A DNA stretch of 64,000 nt from contig OX597818.1 in NCBI GenBank assembly GCA_951406725.2, forward strand, positions 50,344,001 through 50,408,000, given 5' to 3'. Positions 1-12,252 of this stretch are shown here, in pieces. The stretch comes from Octopus vulgaris. Lineage: Eukaryota. The stretch's first letter is position 1. The number at the start of each line of letters is the position of its first letter. The position numbers and the translations under genes were made by a program. A model generated the notes under the pieces. The model saw only the letters and a program-made list of their open reading frames with translations, made no database searches and was not told the origin of the DNA.

Positions 1-574
1 TATATACGATTGATTTTTTTCAGTTTCTGTCTACAAAATCCACTGACAAAATCCACTGGTTGGTCTGAAGACACATGCCAAGTCACCACACAGTGGGACT
101 GAACCCAGGACCATGTGTTATGGAACGAAGTTTGTTGCCACACAGCCACACCTGCACCTATGTATGTGTGTGTGTGTGTGTATGTGTGTGTGTATGGGTG
201 TATATATGTATGCATGTATATATGTGAATATGTATGTGTACATATTACATGTACATCTCTCTCTCTCTATATATATATATCTATGTACATCTATACATAT
301 ACATGTATACATATACATCTATATGTATAGAAATAAATGTATACATATACAGCTATACACACATACACACACATACATAGGTGCAGGTGTAGCTGTGTGG
401 TAACAAACTTCGTTCCAAAACACATGGTCTTGGGTTTAAATTTAAATTTAAAATAATAAGGGTGAGAAATTGAATATTAATTTGATTAATATGATTTGAA
501 AACCAGTGGTGTAGCATATAAGACCATAGCGGATCTTCTTCTAGCAAAATGGATGTCCACTGTTAATGGTTCAT

Positions 575-793
575 CCCTCTTATATAATAATTTGACTTTA
601 ATAGTTTCAGTATTAAAGTGAAAGTATCTGACATTACACTAGAGAGATGTTTTTTGTTTCACTTTTAACACGTAATACTGAAATAGTGGAGAGGATATGG
701 ACCCTAAGTATGGCATGTGTAAAATTTGAATGAAATTGGTTGTGTAGTTCTCAAGTTTTAGGGATTCATACAGATAGACAGACAGACATTCTC
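575..793 (-). mobile_element. Helitron-like non-autonomous fragment (5' part)
   Basis: Minus strand begins TCTATATATATATAAAACTGAG, similar in style to the Helitron at 59665; counterpart at ~32750-33024. Confidence 0.45.
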
Positions 794-879
794 AGTTTTA
801 TATATATATAGATATATACACATATACATATATATATATACATATACATATACATATGCATATATATATACACATATAC

Positions 880-969
<90 letters not shown>

Positions 970-974
<5 letters not shown>

Positions 975-1385
975 AGGGCAAAAAAAAAACTTCTAACGCA
1001 AAAGATGCCGAAAATAGACATATTGTGTCAATAACCATATAATTTAACACTATAAACACGCATCTCGAAGTAAGCCGACAGAGATTTTCTATTTTGGATA
1101 TATTTGGGGTACTTAGGTCTGCTCATGACTTAGCGCTTGCTTCTTCCATGGGTATGAGTAAGTATTTCATTTATGTCTTACGTATTTATCGGTGACAAGG
1201 AGAAAATTCTTATGAATTAACTCTGAAATTGGGACCGATACGATAATAACGGAATTTTTTAGAAATTTCTGTCGGTTTACTTCGAGATGCGAGTTTATAT
1301 TGTTAAATTATATAGTTATTAACAATTTGTCTATTTTCGGCATATTTGGCATTAGAACTTTTTTCTTTTGCCCTTGTTTATAAGT
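970..1385. repeat. Fold-back element between (TA)n arrays
   Basis: ~970-1090 is the imperfect reverse complement of ~1262-1385; counterpart at ~33230-33648. Confidence 0.75.
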
Positions 1386-1460
<75 letters not shown>

Positions 1461-1462
<2 letters not shown>

Positions 1463-1699
1463 TTACTCTCTTTTACTCTTTTACTTGTTTCAGTCATTTG
1501 ACTGTGGCCATGCTGGAGCATCGCCTTTAGTCGAGCAAATCGACCCCAGGACTTATTCTTTGTAAACCTAGTACTTATTCTATCGCTAAGTTACCGGAAC
1601 GTAAACACACCAGCATCGGTTGTCAAGCGATGTTAGGGGGACACATACAGACACACAAACATAGACACACACACATACATACATACATACATACATACA

Positions 1700-1733
<34 letters not shown>

Positions 1734-1735
1734 CA

Positions 1736-1770
<35 letters not shown>

Positions 1771-1934
1771 GCGAAGGGCTTCTGTCAGTTTCCGTCTACC
1801 AAATCCACTCACAAGGCTTTGGTCGGCCCAAGGCTATAGTAGAAGACACTTACCCAAGGTGCCAAGCAGTGTGACTGTACCCGGAACCATTTGGTTCGTA
1901 AGCAAGCTACTTACCACACAGGCACTACTACGCC

Positions 1935-1935
<1 letters not shown>
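1461..1935 (-). mobile_element. tRNA-derived SINE (abundant family with internal CATA/CA repeats)
   Basis: Hallmark 'cagtttccgtctaccaaatccactcacaaggctttggtcggcccgaggctatagtagaagacacttgcccaagg'. Further copies near 1-155, 7690-8715, 20855-21250, 22680-23050, 32010-32340, 34710-35175, 39200-40140, 48590-48840, 49580-49890 and 58165-59180. Confidence 0.85.
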
Positions 1936-1966
<31 letters not shown>

Positions 1967-2161
1967 CATAGAAGAGCGTAGGCTCAAAACGTAAAATACT
2001 TTTTTTCAATTCCTGAGCGTTATACTAATACATCTGTTTGTTTTGTACACCACCTGTCTTCGTCTTTTGTTTATTTCGTGAACTCTCCCTATATTGTTCT
2101 AGTTTGGTTAAGATTTCTATTCCTGCAAGGCAGTCTTCGAAATATAACGATATCGAGTTGT

Positions 2162-2214
<53 letters not shown>

Positions 2215-2294
2215 TTATATATATATGTATATACATATATGTATGTATATATGTGTTTACATATATGTATATGTATGTGTATATAAATATATAA

Positions 2295-2352
<58 letters not shown>

Positions 2353-2379
2353 CAACTCGATATCGTTATACGTAGCACT

Positions 2380-2990
2380 TATCGCCCACTAGATGCTCCA
2401 AATCATACGGACCTATTCGAAGACTGTCTTGGAAGAATAGAAATCTTAACCAATCTAGAACAACACAACAGTGTACTTCTTATGGGAGACTTCAGCCTGT
2501 CCAACGTATGATGAACTGAGGAACTTTTCCTCTCAGAAATGACACAATGTACTCAAAATGAGGTGGAAATCCCTGCTCAGCTACGCCAACATGTTATACA
2601 TAGAGCAAGTAATACTCTAACCAACCAGGCAGATAGTAGACTTGATCTCTGTTTCACAAACAATGTGGATTTCGTCCATAACGTGAAAGTTACACCGACG
2701 TTAGTCCCGGATGAAATGTAATAGTGCTGACCAAGTATAAACCAAAAAAATCCGAAGACGATCGGCTTATGGGGAGTACCTAAAAACTATCCAATTTCAA
2801 TCTTTATAAAGCAGACTGGAAATCAATTGAGAAAGAGATAATCAAATAAGATTGGCCTCAATGTCTCGGTACTTCTGACAACATGAAATTCAAAGAATTC
2901 GTGCTCATAATGCAAGATTGTCCCAGAGAGAAAGGCCACTACACATAGGAGCAAGATTCTCAGAGAGGTAACAGTTCTTATGAGATGGCG
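2380..2990 (+). mobile_element. Decayed CR1/L2-like LINE endonuclease fragment
   Basis: LLMGDF, LDLCFTNN and YKADW-like motifs of a non-LTR APE endonuclease, with stops; counterpart at ~36190-36790. Confidence 0.65.
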
Positions 2991-3421
2991 TACAAAGAAT
3001 TCATACTGCCCCATCAAAGAAGAGGGCGTAACACTGTCTATAGATGATGTCAACGTAAACTTAGCTGCTGGTCCAAAATAATTGTAATAGATTTCATCGT
3101 CGGAATCCATCTTTAATCTCCCTTCTGCCAACATTTCAAATATAAGATTTCTTTCCTGAAGACGGGGGCTCGTCTCGTCTGACGTTGGAATCAATTTCCT
3201 CCGTCTTCAGGGAAGAAATCTCACATTTTTAAAATCTAAAAACGAAAAGGAAGTGAGATAACTCCAATAATGGTATCACGTGATATATTATATTGAAAAC
3301 CATCAAGATATTGTTATCATCTATCCATAGGTTTTGGTTATCGAACAGTAACAGATTGTTACTAGTAACAGATTTTGATTAATTATTAAGTTATAAAACG
3401 TATCGTTATCACCAGTAGATT

Positions 3422-3625
3422 TTAGTCTTCAACGATATGATAAATGTTATTTCTGTTCCCATTGTTCACTTGGTGTTCTTCATTATAGTCCGTAAAAAAC
3501 AGTTTATTATATTGCGGAGAAGATTTTTCTTCTAGGACTTCATATGATTCCTCACTAATGTTTCTTGTGTTCGTTGTTGTAGTACTTTTATCCGATTCCT
3601 TACTATTGCAGAAGGAAGAAGATAT
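3422..3625 (-). CDS. Receptor gene A, terminal cytoplasmic exon with ITAM
   Basis: Acceptor ttttattttattttag, phase 0, 68 codons to TAA: ISSSFCNSKESDKSTTTTNTRNISEESYEVLEEKSSPQYNKLFFTDYNEEHQVNNGNRNNIYHIVED*. Confidence 0.85.
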   Translation of the reverse strand: MSSSFCNSKESDKSTTTTNTRNISEESYEVLEEKSSPQYNKLFFTDYNEEHQVNNGNRNNIYHIVED

Positions 3626-4223
3626 CTAAAATAAAATAAAAAGAAGATATATAGATCATGGTAGATGGCTGGATGGTAGAATCGGTCGCCTATTACTATT
3701 TTGTTACATTTCTTTACGTTTCGAGTTCAAAACCCACCTAAGTCTACATTTTATTTTATCTTTCCGATGTAACAAAACAGAGGCCAATTGTTTAAAGTGA
3801 AGCTCCGTCTGATTGTTATAGCAGCTAAATGTTCCTCAAACTACACCTTACCACGCACTATCTTCCAAAGGATAAGATGTCCTCTACCGGAACGCATTTG
3901 ATCATGGATTTTATGGGGTTCTTTCGTTTCTAATTCAATTTCTTGATGTTTAGCGTTATGTCTATCGCGAACGAAAAGCTGTGAACATCTCTTGATATAT
4001 ATATCAAGTAATAACGGGGAGAAAGAAGATGAGCTTCATTGAGAAGGTGAGATGTAATGTTGAAGATATCCAGTTCTTCATTTCGAATTCGAATTTTTTT
4101 CCTTTACCAATTTCACTGAAACCATTAACAGTTCTCTGAAACGCTTAACAGTCACAACTAGTCTGAATACATGCAACAGCGCAGCCTCTGCAAAAGGGGC
4201 GAAACAGTCATGCAGTGGTGATA

Positions 4224-4609
4224 GTTGAAGCATTCCGTCGGTTACGACGACGAGGGTTCCGGTTGATCCGAATCAACGGAACAGCCTGCTCGTGAAATTA
4301 ACGTGTAAGTGGCTGAGCACTCCACAGACACGTGTACCCTTAACGTAGTTCTCGGGGATATTCAGCGGGACACAGAGAGTGACAAGGCCGGCCCTTTGAA
4401 ATACAGGTACAGCAGAAACAGGAAGTAAGAGTGAGAGAAAGTTGTGGTGAAAGAGTACAGCAGGGATCACCACCATCCCCTGCCGGAGCCTCGTGGAGCT
4501 TTAGGTGTTTTCGCTCAATAAACACTCACAAAGCCCGGTCTGGGAATCGAAACCGCGATCCTATGACCGCGAGTCCGCTGCCCTAACCACTGGGCCATTG
4601 CGCCTCCAC
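4224..4609 (-). mobile_element. tRNA-headed SINE with target-site duplication, copy A only
   Basis: Head GTGGAGGCGCAATGGCCCAGTGGTTAGGGCAGCGGACTC with A/B boxes; flanked by gcagtggtgata duplication. Relatives at ~51855-52045 (+) and ~60820-61135 (+). Confidence 0.85.
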
Positions 4610-4779
4610 GCAGTGGTGATAACACAAAGAGGAACAGAGAAGCTCTTCTCGTTTCAGTCTAATTTTCCCTCACATGTCTTTGGTCGACTGGAGGCTATGG
4701 TAGAATAGACTTGTCCCAGGTGCCGTGCAATGAGATCGCCCATTATATTGTGAAAAAACAAAAAATAACAACATATATA

Positions 4780-5010
4780 TTTCTTTACTACCCACAAGGA
4801 GCTAAACACAGAGGGGACAAACAAGGACAGACAAACGGATTTAGTCGATTACATCGTCCCTAGTGCGTAACTGGTACTTAATTTATCGACCCCGAAAGGA
4901 TGAAAGGCAAAGTCGATCTCGGCGGAATTTGAACTCAGAACGTAACGGCAGACGAAATACGGCTACGCATTTCGCCCAGCGTGCTAACGTTTCTGCCAGC
5001 TCGCCGCCTT
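4780..5010 (-). mobile_element. SINE (second family)
   Basis: AGGCGGCGAGCTGGCAGAAACGTTAGC...GAGTTCAAATTCCGCCGAG; also at ~24785-25020 and ~53145-53380 (+). Confidence 0.8.
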
Positions 5011-5152
5011 GTAAAAAAAAACAACATATAAATTAGGCATGTATAATAAAAAGGGGAAAGAGGGAAAGGAGGAGAGGGGAGGAAAGAGAGAAGAAGAGAG
5101 AAGAAAAGAGAAGGGAGAAATAGAGACAAAGAAGAAGAGAGTAAGTACTAAC

Positions 5153-5246
5153 CATGGTTTCATCGATTTCTTCATACGTATGATTGTTCTCATTTACATA
5201 TTGAACATTAGAACTGGCGAATTTATCATCTGGAGTTGAGTTTCGT
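5153..5246 (-). CDS. Receptor gene A, cytoplasmic exon 1 (YVN, YEEI)
   Basis: Acceptor tatttcctccag, donor ATG|gttagt, 94 nt, phase 2-0 fits both neighbours. (K)RNSTPDDKFASSNVQYVNENNHTYEEIDETM. Confidence 0.85.
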
Positions 5247-5355
5247 CTGGAGGAAATACCAAATGAATATCATTAAGTGGTACGTGAACGGCAAGATCTG
5301 TAAGGCATCGGTTAAAATATTTTGAGGGATTTAGTGTACGTTTATTTACGTTCTG

Positions 5356-5789
5356 GGATCTTTTCGGTTTGAACGGCAGTTTTTTAAAATAATTTCCACG
5401 TAACTAAACACTTTTAAGCTTCGTATACTGGTAGAATGTGTTTATAAAACATCTTTTTCTCTTGGCTTTATTGAGAAAATTCTATAGTTTGTAAGATATT
5501 TGTTGTTTTTTTTTCTTCAATTTCTGCAATTTCAACCAATCACGGACGTCTATTGAGGTAAAAAAAACATTCTGTGCCGTATGACTATGTCCCTCGTTTA
5601 AGAAACAGATTGGGTTGATTTACATTTGTGAAGAAAAAAAAAGATACCCTTCCCCCACCCCTAACCCTAACCCTAACCCTAACCCTAAAACAGATTGAAA
5701 TGCAATAGATCGATACTAGGGTCATAATTATGGGTGACAATTTCATATGATACCGCTAGAAAAAACTTCCGTTCAAACAGAAAAGATCC
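5356..5789. mobile_element. MITE with 8-bp TSD and internal (CCCTAA)n, copy A only
   Basis: TIRs ggatcttttcggtttgaacgg / ccgttcaaacagaaaagatcc; TSD acgttctg (5348-5355, 5790-5797); empty site at ~38157. Confidence 0.85.
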
Positions 5790-6229
5790 ACGTTCTGATT
5801 TCAAATACCAACCAGGTCTTCTTCCAGAAAAATCAAAGAAATATTAAACCAGCATGAATGGGGATCCCAACGGGATTATTAGGCGAAAGGCTGACAACAT
5901 CTATGTTGATATGTATGTGGTATCCATAACGAAGACACTTACTTATGGCGAGTACAGTCCACTATAAATAGCTTTCATAGATTTGTAAAATTTGTTGTTG
6001 TAAAGAATAGGAGTACTGTAAATTAGCGAGTGTTTCCTTAATTCTTAATGTTTGGTTCGAGTGTTGTTTTTCTGGAGTAAACCGGCCGCACACTGATGAA
6101 GTAGTCAACTTCAAACAAGAAATACGGATAAGCGATGGATTTGTAGACTGAGTGAATAAACTGACCAACACAATTTAGTTACGTTTATCTACACTTTGAA
6201 TTCCAATCCCTCTGAGATACGGATTTCAA

Positions 6230-6470
6230 TGAGTCAGTTAAAGTTTAATCTACCTCTGATTTGGCGTTAAAATAAGACATGGATGACTAAGACCCTTTTC
6301 AAAGAGTGGTTTACGAAAGCTTTTTGTCCTGCCGTAGAAAGGTTCAGTGCCAGACACAACATTTCCAACAAAGCTTTGCTTATTTTAGACGATGCACCGA
6401 GCCATCTAGCAAACTTAGACGACATTTTGGATAATGTGAAAGTAGACTATATCCCCCAAAATACAACCAA
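6230..6470 (+). mobile_element. pogo/Tigger DDE transposase fragment
   Basis: WMTKTLFKEWF...KALLILDDAPSH, typical DDE_1 motif. Confidence 0.8.
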
Positions 6471-7046
6471 GGGGAAAAAGCTAAGTTTCTATACTGAGCT
6501 GTGCAATGGTGCATCATAAACAACAAACAACTTTGGATACGTTCTCCCACCCCACCCAAGCTGATTGTCGTGATAACGAAGTATAAGATATTAAATATTG
6601 TCCTTCATCCCCCTAGTAACGCTCATTCCACCCCCAACCCTCACACAGTAGCCAATATCTTTTGCGGTAAGAACATACTCTTACAATGTCGCAATTCTTA
6701 TTAATTCCCTAACTGGGTTCCTCTTGAAATGGTTTTTGGTTTCAATTACAATATTTGTACCGTTAATGTTTGGAAACTATTTTTATTACACATGAGAGTG
6801 AGAACACTTTGAGATATTTTTGGTATCTAACATATGTCAGATACTGCGAGCGCTGCTTCTGATTGATCAATCCATGGTGATGACCCGAGGTCACGGTGAC
6901 AGCGCTGCTTCTGATTGGTCAATCCATGGTGATGACCTGAGATCACGGTGACGGCACTACTTTTGTCATTCATAAGTTACAACTAAACGTGAAGAATTTA
7001 GTTATTGGGTTAATAAAATATGGTCGTTTATTCGTGTGTAATAAAT

Positions 7047-7192
7047 AAAATACTAAACTCATTCCCTATGGATACCGTATTTATTACAACGAGTGGCTTG
7101 TAAATGTATCTAACTCGCTTTCGCTCGTTAGATACGTTTACAAGCCACTCGTTGTAATAAATATGGTATCCATAGGGAATGAGTTTGGTATT
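7047..7192. repeat. Near-perfect palindrome (~65-bp arms)
   Basis: aatactaaactcattccctatggatacc...ggtatccatagggaatgagtttggtatt; preceded by a ~52-bp tandem duplicate at ~6850-6952. Confidence 0.85.
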
Positions 7193-7421
7193 CTCTATTT
7201 ATGTATAATGGCGATCGTTTTCCTTATCCTCTCTTGTTTTCTTGTGTTTCTTTGTCTTCCAAAAAGTGTCCGTAGGAACGCAATCTAACTTGATAATATA
7301 AAAATCAATTTTGCATTACAGAATTTGGTGTTACGGAAAGATTTTTAGGAACGCCCTACGTTCGTAAAGCGAAGGATTCTTGTAAAATAAACGGTAATAA
7401 CGAAACAGAAACTTTACTTAC

Positions 7422-7644
7422 TTTCGCCTAAATGATATCCATAAAATTAAGAAGAGAATAAATATGATCGCTAATACCAAAAAAGTGGCCAAAGAAGCAA
7501 CCAGTGTTATAGTGGTTTCTGGTGTTAGAGTAGTGGTTGTTGTTGACTCCTTTTCCGAATGGGTATCTAAAAATGTTTGTATTTTATCCCTGTTCCAAGA
7601 TTTAAAATCTTCGGGCCAGATCTCACGGCATTGAGTGTCATTAA
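7422..7644 (-). CDS. Receptor gene A, stalk + transmembrane exon
   Basis: Acceptor ttttttttctcacag, donor AA|gtaagt, phase 1-2. FNDTQCREIWPEDFKSWNRDKIQTFLDTHSEKESTTTTTLTPETTITLVASLATFLVLAIIFILFLILWISFRR: Thr-rich stalk, ~23-aa hydrophobic helix, basic stop-transfer. Confidence 0.9.
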
Positions 7645-7876
7645 CTGTGAGAAAAAAAAAATTAAATAGAGGCAAATTAGTATTCTTTTATTCGATATTT
7701 GTTCCAGTCATCTGACTGTGGCCATGCTGGAGCACCGCCTTTAGTCGAACAAATCGACCCCAGGACTTATTCTTTGTAAGCTTAATACTTATCCTATCGG
7801 TCTCTTTTGCCGAACCGCTAAGTTACGGGCCTGTAAACACAGTAACATCGGTTGTCAAGTGATGATGGGGGGACAT

Positions 7877-7948
<72 letters not shown>

Positions 7949-7949
7949 A

Positions 7950-8350
7950 TATCAAAATAAGCAACAAAGATATCCAGAGGTAATGCAGTACGATCGTTTC
8001 AAGCAACTCCATTTAATTGAACAATGCAATCATTACATCAATTTAAATGCAGAGCAATCTTCAGCTGCATAAAGACATAGAATTAAATAAAATTAAACAG
8101 ATGGACACATTAATATAACTTTAACTAAAACCTCTAAGAAGGTATGGAGATAGACAAAGAACATACTGTCTTCACTTCAGCTTCTAAGCTGTTTTAATCT
8201 GTTGTAATTTAATTTAATTCTATGTCTTTATGCAGCTGAAGATTACTCAGCATTTAAATTGATGTAATGATTGCATTGTTCAATTAAATAGAGTTGCTTG
8301 AAACGATCGTACTGCATTACCTCTGGATATCCTTGCTGCTTATTTTGATT
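7950..8350. mobile_element. Fold-back Penelope-type terminal fragment with hammerhead motifs on both arms
   Basis: Arms ~7950-8100 and ~8200-8350; counterpart at ~39443-39830. Confidence 0.75.
8230..8317 (+). ncRNA. Hammerhead ribozyme-like motif (mirror copy on - strand at 7983-8070)
   Basis: atgcag-CTGAAGA-...-GAAA-cgatcg-TA-ctgcat: stem I, conserved core, palindromic minimal stem III. Confidence 0.75.
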
Positions 8351-8433
8351 TTAATAATCTTATTTTGAAATTGTATGAATAATACCGTACTAAATTCTGG
8401 TGCCTCAACTTAAATACCAAATTCATCTGAATC

Positions 8434-8529
<96 letters not shown>

Positions 8530-8736
8530 CACACACACACACTCACACACACATATATATGACAGGCTTCTTTCAAGTTCTGTCTACCAAATCCACTCAC
8601 AAGGCTTTGGTTGGCCCGAGGCTATAGTAGAAGACACTTGCCCAAGGTGCCACGCAGTGGAACTGAAACCGGAACCATATGGTTAGTAAGCAAGCTACTT
8701 ACCACACAGCCATGCCGGTTTATGGAATATATAGAA

Positions 8737-8935
8737 CAGTGGTTTTCAACCAGGGTTCCACCAGTACAGTTCAGGGGATCCGCAAGAAGCTACAAAACTG
8801 CTAAAGTCGGCAGTAATTTTTAATTCTCCTGTGCAGATATGTGTTCATAAGACTTAAATTATTGCACAGGGGTTCCTCGAGCCAGTGGAATGTTTCTTTG
8901 GGGTTCCGCTCCAGCAAAAAGTTTGAAAAGCACTG
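8737..8935. mobile_element. hAT (Charlie-like) MITE
   Basis: TIRs cagtggttttcaa / ttgaaaagcactg, 8-bp TSD atatagaa; counterpart at 40164-40365. Confidence 0.85.
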
Positions 8936-9940
8936 ATATAGAAGTATGCTTTATTAAAAAATATCAGAATAATGCACCCTGTCACCAATGTAGATATAGC
9001 TGTGGTAATATAATATATAGCAATAGCAACTTGTTAGATAGATACAGGTAGGTGAACACATAGAAAGGTGTGCTAGGAATCTTAATCCTAATTTCCTAAT
9101 TTTCCCCCTTTATCAATGTTCACAGAACACCTCAGTACAACAAAGAATGAATAAAGAGGCAACTTTCATCAACAATGTTTCTTCCACAACTTAATGTGAA
9201 CACATGACATAATACAGAACACTACTAACCTTTCAATTAATACCACTAACCCCCATACATCCCATACACCATTCACATTACAGATCTATATCTACCCTAA
9301 CTGCACCAAATCCAGAACTTACCTCCCTTACACATAATCGTTTTACTCAGGGACTAGTAGACCAGGCACCGTTCATTAATCGGTGTGCACTCAAAGTAAT
9401 GATTAGTAAATTCACGAAACCGGTATGCTTTTGAATCTCTTTAACAATTCACAATAATGACTTTTATTACTTTTATTTCTACCTGTTATAAGACTATAAT
9501 ATTATAGTCTTATCACATTAGTTTTATTCCTTACCTGTGATAAAACTATAATATTATTTCACTTTTATTCTTTCACTTTTAATTCTAATGTGATAACACT
9601 AAGACCATCGTATTTTACACATTCACTGTTCAGTTACGAGTTAATAATTGTCGCAGCAGTTGCAAGGTATTTACAGTTAAATGTTAACCCTTAAATTAAC
9701 ATTATATATATTAAGCAGCATATTAAATAACATAAGTAATTTATACCGGCAGTAAAAGGGATATTCTTATCCCTTAGATGGTTATTCCTACCACTAACTC
9801 TACTAACGTTGTATACATACATACATACATACATACATACATACATACATACATACATACATACATACATACATACATACATACCTACATACATACATAC
9901 ATATACATACATATACATACATACACACATACATACATAC

Positions 9941-9983
<43 letters not shown>

Positions 9984-10087
9984 CATATATAATATGAGGG
10001 AATATTATTCCAAACTTACAGGGAAAATTTCAATTTAGAAATACTAAATCAAATTTCACAAAATATAATATATATATACATACAAAT

Positions 10088-10155
<68 letters not shown>

Positions 10156-10166
10156 GTATTTATATA

Positions 10167-10208
<42 letters not shown>

Positions 10209-10211
<3 letters not shown>

Positions 10212-11779
10212 TTGCGACCAACATGTTGTCACCAGAAAAGTTTTTATCAAAGTTGTTTTATGTTCTATAATTGGTATTGTCTGAGATGTTGGTGTAATTT
10301 GAGAGGATAATACAAAAGTTATGGATGATTTAGTGATTTACTGCAAAACCCATGGCGGCCAAAATGATCAGAACGGTTAAAAAGATAACAAAATAATCAA
10401 ATATGACAGAGAATACTGGAATTATTTAATATTTAGTGTGAAGCCATTTAGCTTCAATCACACTTTGACATCTTTGACTGCATGAAGAAATTAAATTTCA
10501 ATTTCTTGCTAGGTAATCTTATTCCATTCTTCCTGAAGGGCATTCCATAATTGCTCGGTTGTTTTAGGATTTCTGGCTTTCGAATGTTCTCTTAGAATAT
10601 TCCACACATTTTCAATAGGATTGAGATCTGGGCTTTTGAGCAGGCCAATCCATAATAATAACCTTTTCAGCCTTGAGGAAGTTCATGACCACCTTAGCCT
10701 TGTGACACGGGGTATTGTCCTGCTTGAATATGGGTGGTCGCTTAGTTGAATTTCTCAGCACAGGCAAGACATGATCTTTTACAAGTTGTTTATAAACTCC
10801 TGCATTTACCTTTCCGTGTTATCGCACCAATGAGCCCACACCATCTCCAGATATCATCCCCCAAACCATGACACTTCATCCACCGAATTTAACACTAGTC
10901 TTAAGGCATTTAGGCGACAATTTTTCACTTACTTTTCAACGAACGTACCTTTTCCCATCTGAGTCAAATAACATAAACTTAGATTCATCACTGAAATGCA
11001 CCGTTTGCCATTTTTCTTGCGACCACAACACATGTTCGGTTGCAAAGGTAAGACGACACTTTTTATTTTTGGAGCTGATCAGTGGCTTCACTACAGGTGA
11101 TCTTGCTTGTAGGTTATGTTCAACTAAACGATGAGACACAGTTTTTCGAGATAACGTTTTCTTCAGTACAATGCTAATTTCCCGAGAAACAGCAGCAGCA
11201 GTTTTAAATCTGTCCTTTTTAACCAACTTTACCATAGCACGATCTTCTCTCTTGGTCGTTTTTCTTGGTCTACCTGTAGACTTTCTTGCTTCACACGAAC
11301 CACAATCATCAAAGACCTTAAGAATACCGTGAACAACACTTTTTGACTTGTTAACAATCTTTGCAATAGACCCAATACTTAAATTATCCTTCTTTCGAAG
11401 CTTAATAATATGCTGACGAATTGGTAACGGAGTAAGTGGCATTATATTAACAAAGTACACTGTAGATGTTCTTACTAATGTTTAGCAAACGAACCATCAC
11501 GTAAACAAATTCAAAACATTAGAGTTCGTCGGTTAAATATACTAAAACACGGAGTAAAAGCCACCGTTCTGATCATTTTGGCCGCCATGGGTTTTGCAGT
11601 AAATCACTAAATCATCCATAACTTTTGTATTATCCTCTCAAATTACACCAAAATCTCAGACAATAACAGTTAATATTTATTGTCCGTGAAAATTATAGAA
11701 TATAAAACAACTTTGATAAAAACTTATACCTACTTTTCTGGCGAAAACAATGCCGTTCTGAACATTTTGGCCGCAACTG
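10209..11779 (-). mobile_element. Tc1-family DNA transposon, full length, disrupted transposase
   Basis: HTH, GRPRKTT and FSDESKF motifs in ORF 10936-11460; the DDE remainder has frameshifts. Long TIRs beginning cagttgcg; TA target. Truncated in copy B (~42105-42767). Confidence 0.92.
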
Positions 11780-12085
11780 TATATATATGTATATCGACGG
11801 TATGAGAGGTATTGGTGTCAAGAAGACCCAAATGGTATCAGGTAATGCTAAGTAAGTGCTATGGATAGCAAAAACCCCCTTCGATCGAACAACACTGTTT
11901 ACAAGGCTCTATGCTTAGAATGACCAACATAACTACCATAGGAACCCACACACAAGGTACAGGAAACTTCTTCACGACTTAAATACAATATACTTATGTA
12001 TCTCACTTCTATTATCAGTCTATTATTTCCCGCTGTATTTCATATCTTCTCTATAATGATCAACACTCAAGCATTTTCTCGCACT

Positions 12086-12133
12086 GTCTCTGATGACGGG
12101 ATATATAGGATATCCCGGAAACAGCAGTAAGTC
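12086..12133 (+). ncRNA. Hammerhead ribozyme-like motif
   Basis: CTGATGA-cgggata(tatagga)tatcccg-GAAA-cagcag-TA. Confidence 0.7.
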
Positions 12134-12200
12134 CTTTTCTTCATAAATGTTCTGGAAACTATTTACAGCCTTTGATTTTTTATCTTATTCTGTCAATTTA

Positions 12201-12252
<52 letters not shown>

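Noticed and set aside
113-2392. Many YIYI/HTHT/CVCV ORFs (here and throughout)
   Set aside because: Translations of (TA)n, (CA)n and (CATA)n microsatellites; not genes.
2823-3005. C-terminal half of ORF 2823-3194 as protein coding
   Set aside because: It is the antisense of a decayed LINE fragment.
4520-4609. tRNA gene
   Set aside because: tRNA-like head of a SINE with body and TSD; no complete cloverleaf.
5935-6171. Strong gtaagt donor and ORF 5962-6171 as an additional receptor exon
   Set aside because: No acceptor gives a stop-free phase 2-2 exon in both copies; the TM exon joins 5246 in frame without it.
9318-9490. GAG|gtaagt donor with Cys-containing frames
   Set aside because: All three frames contain stops in both copies; no phase 1-1 exon can be built.
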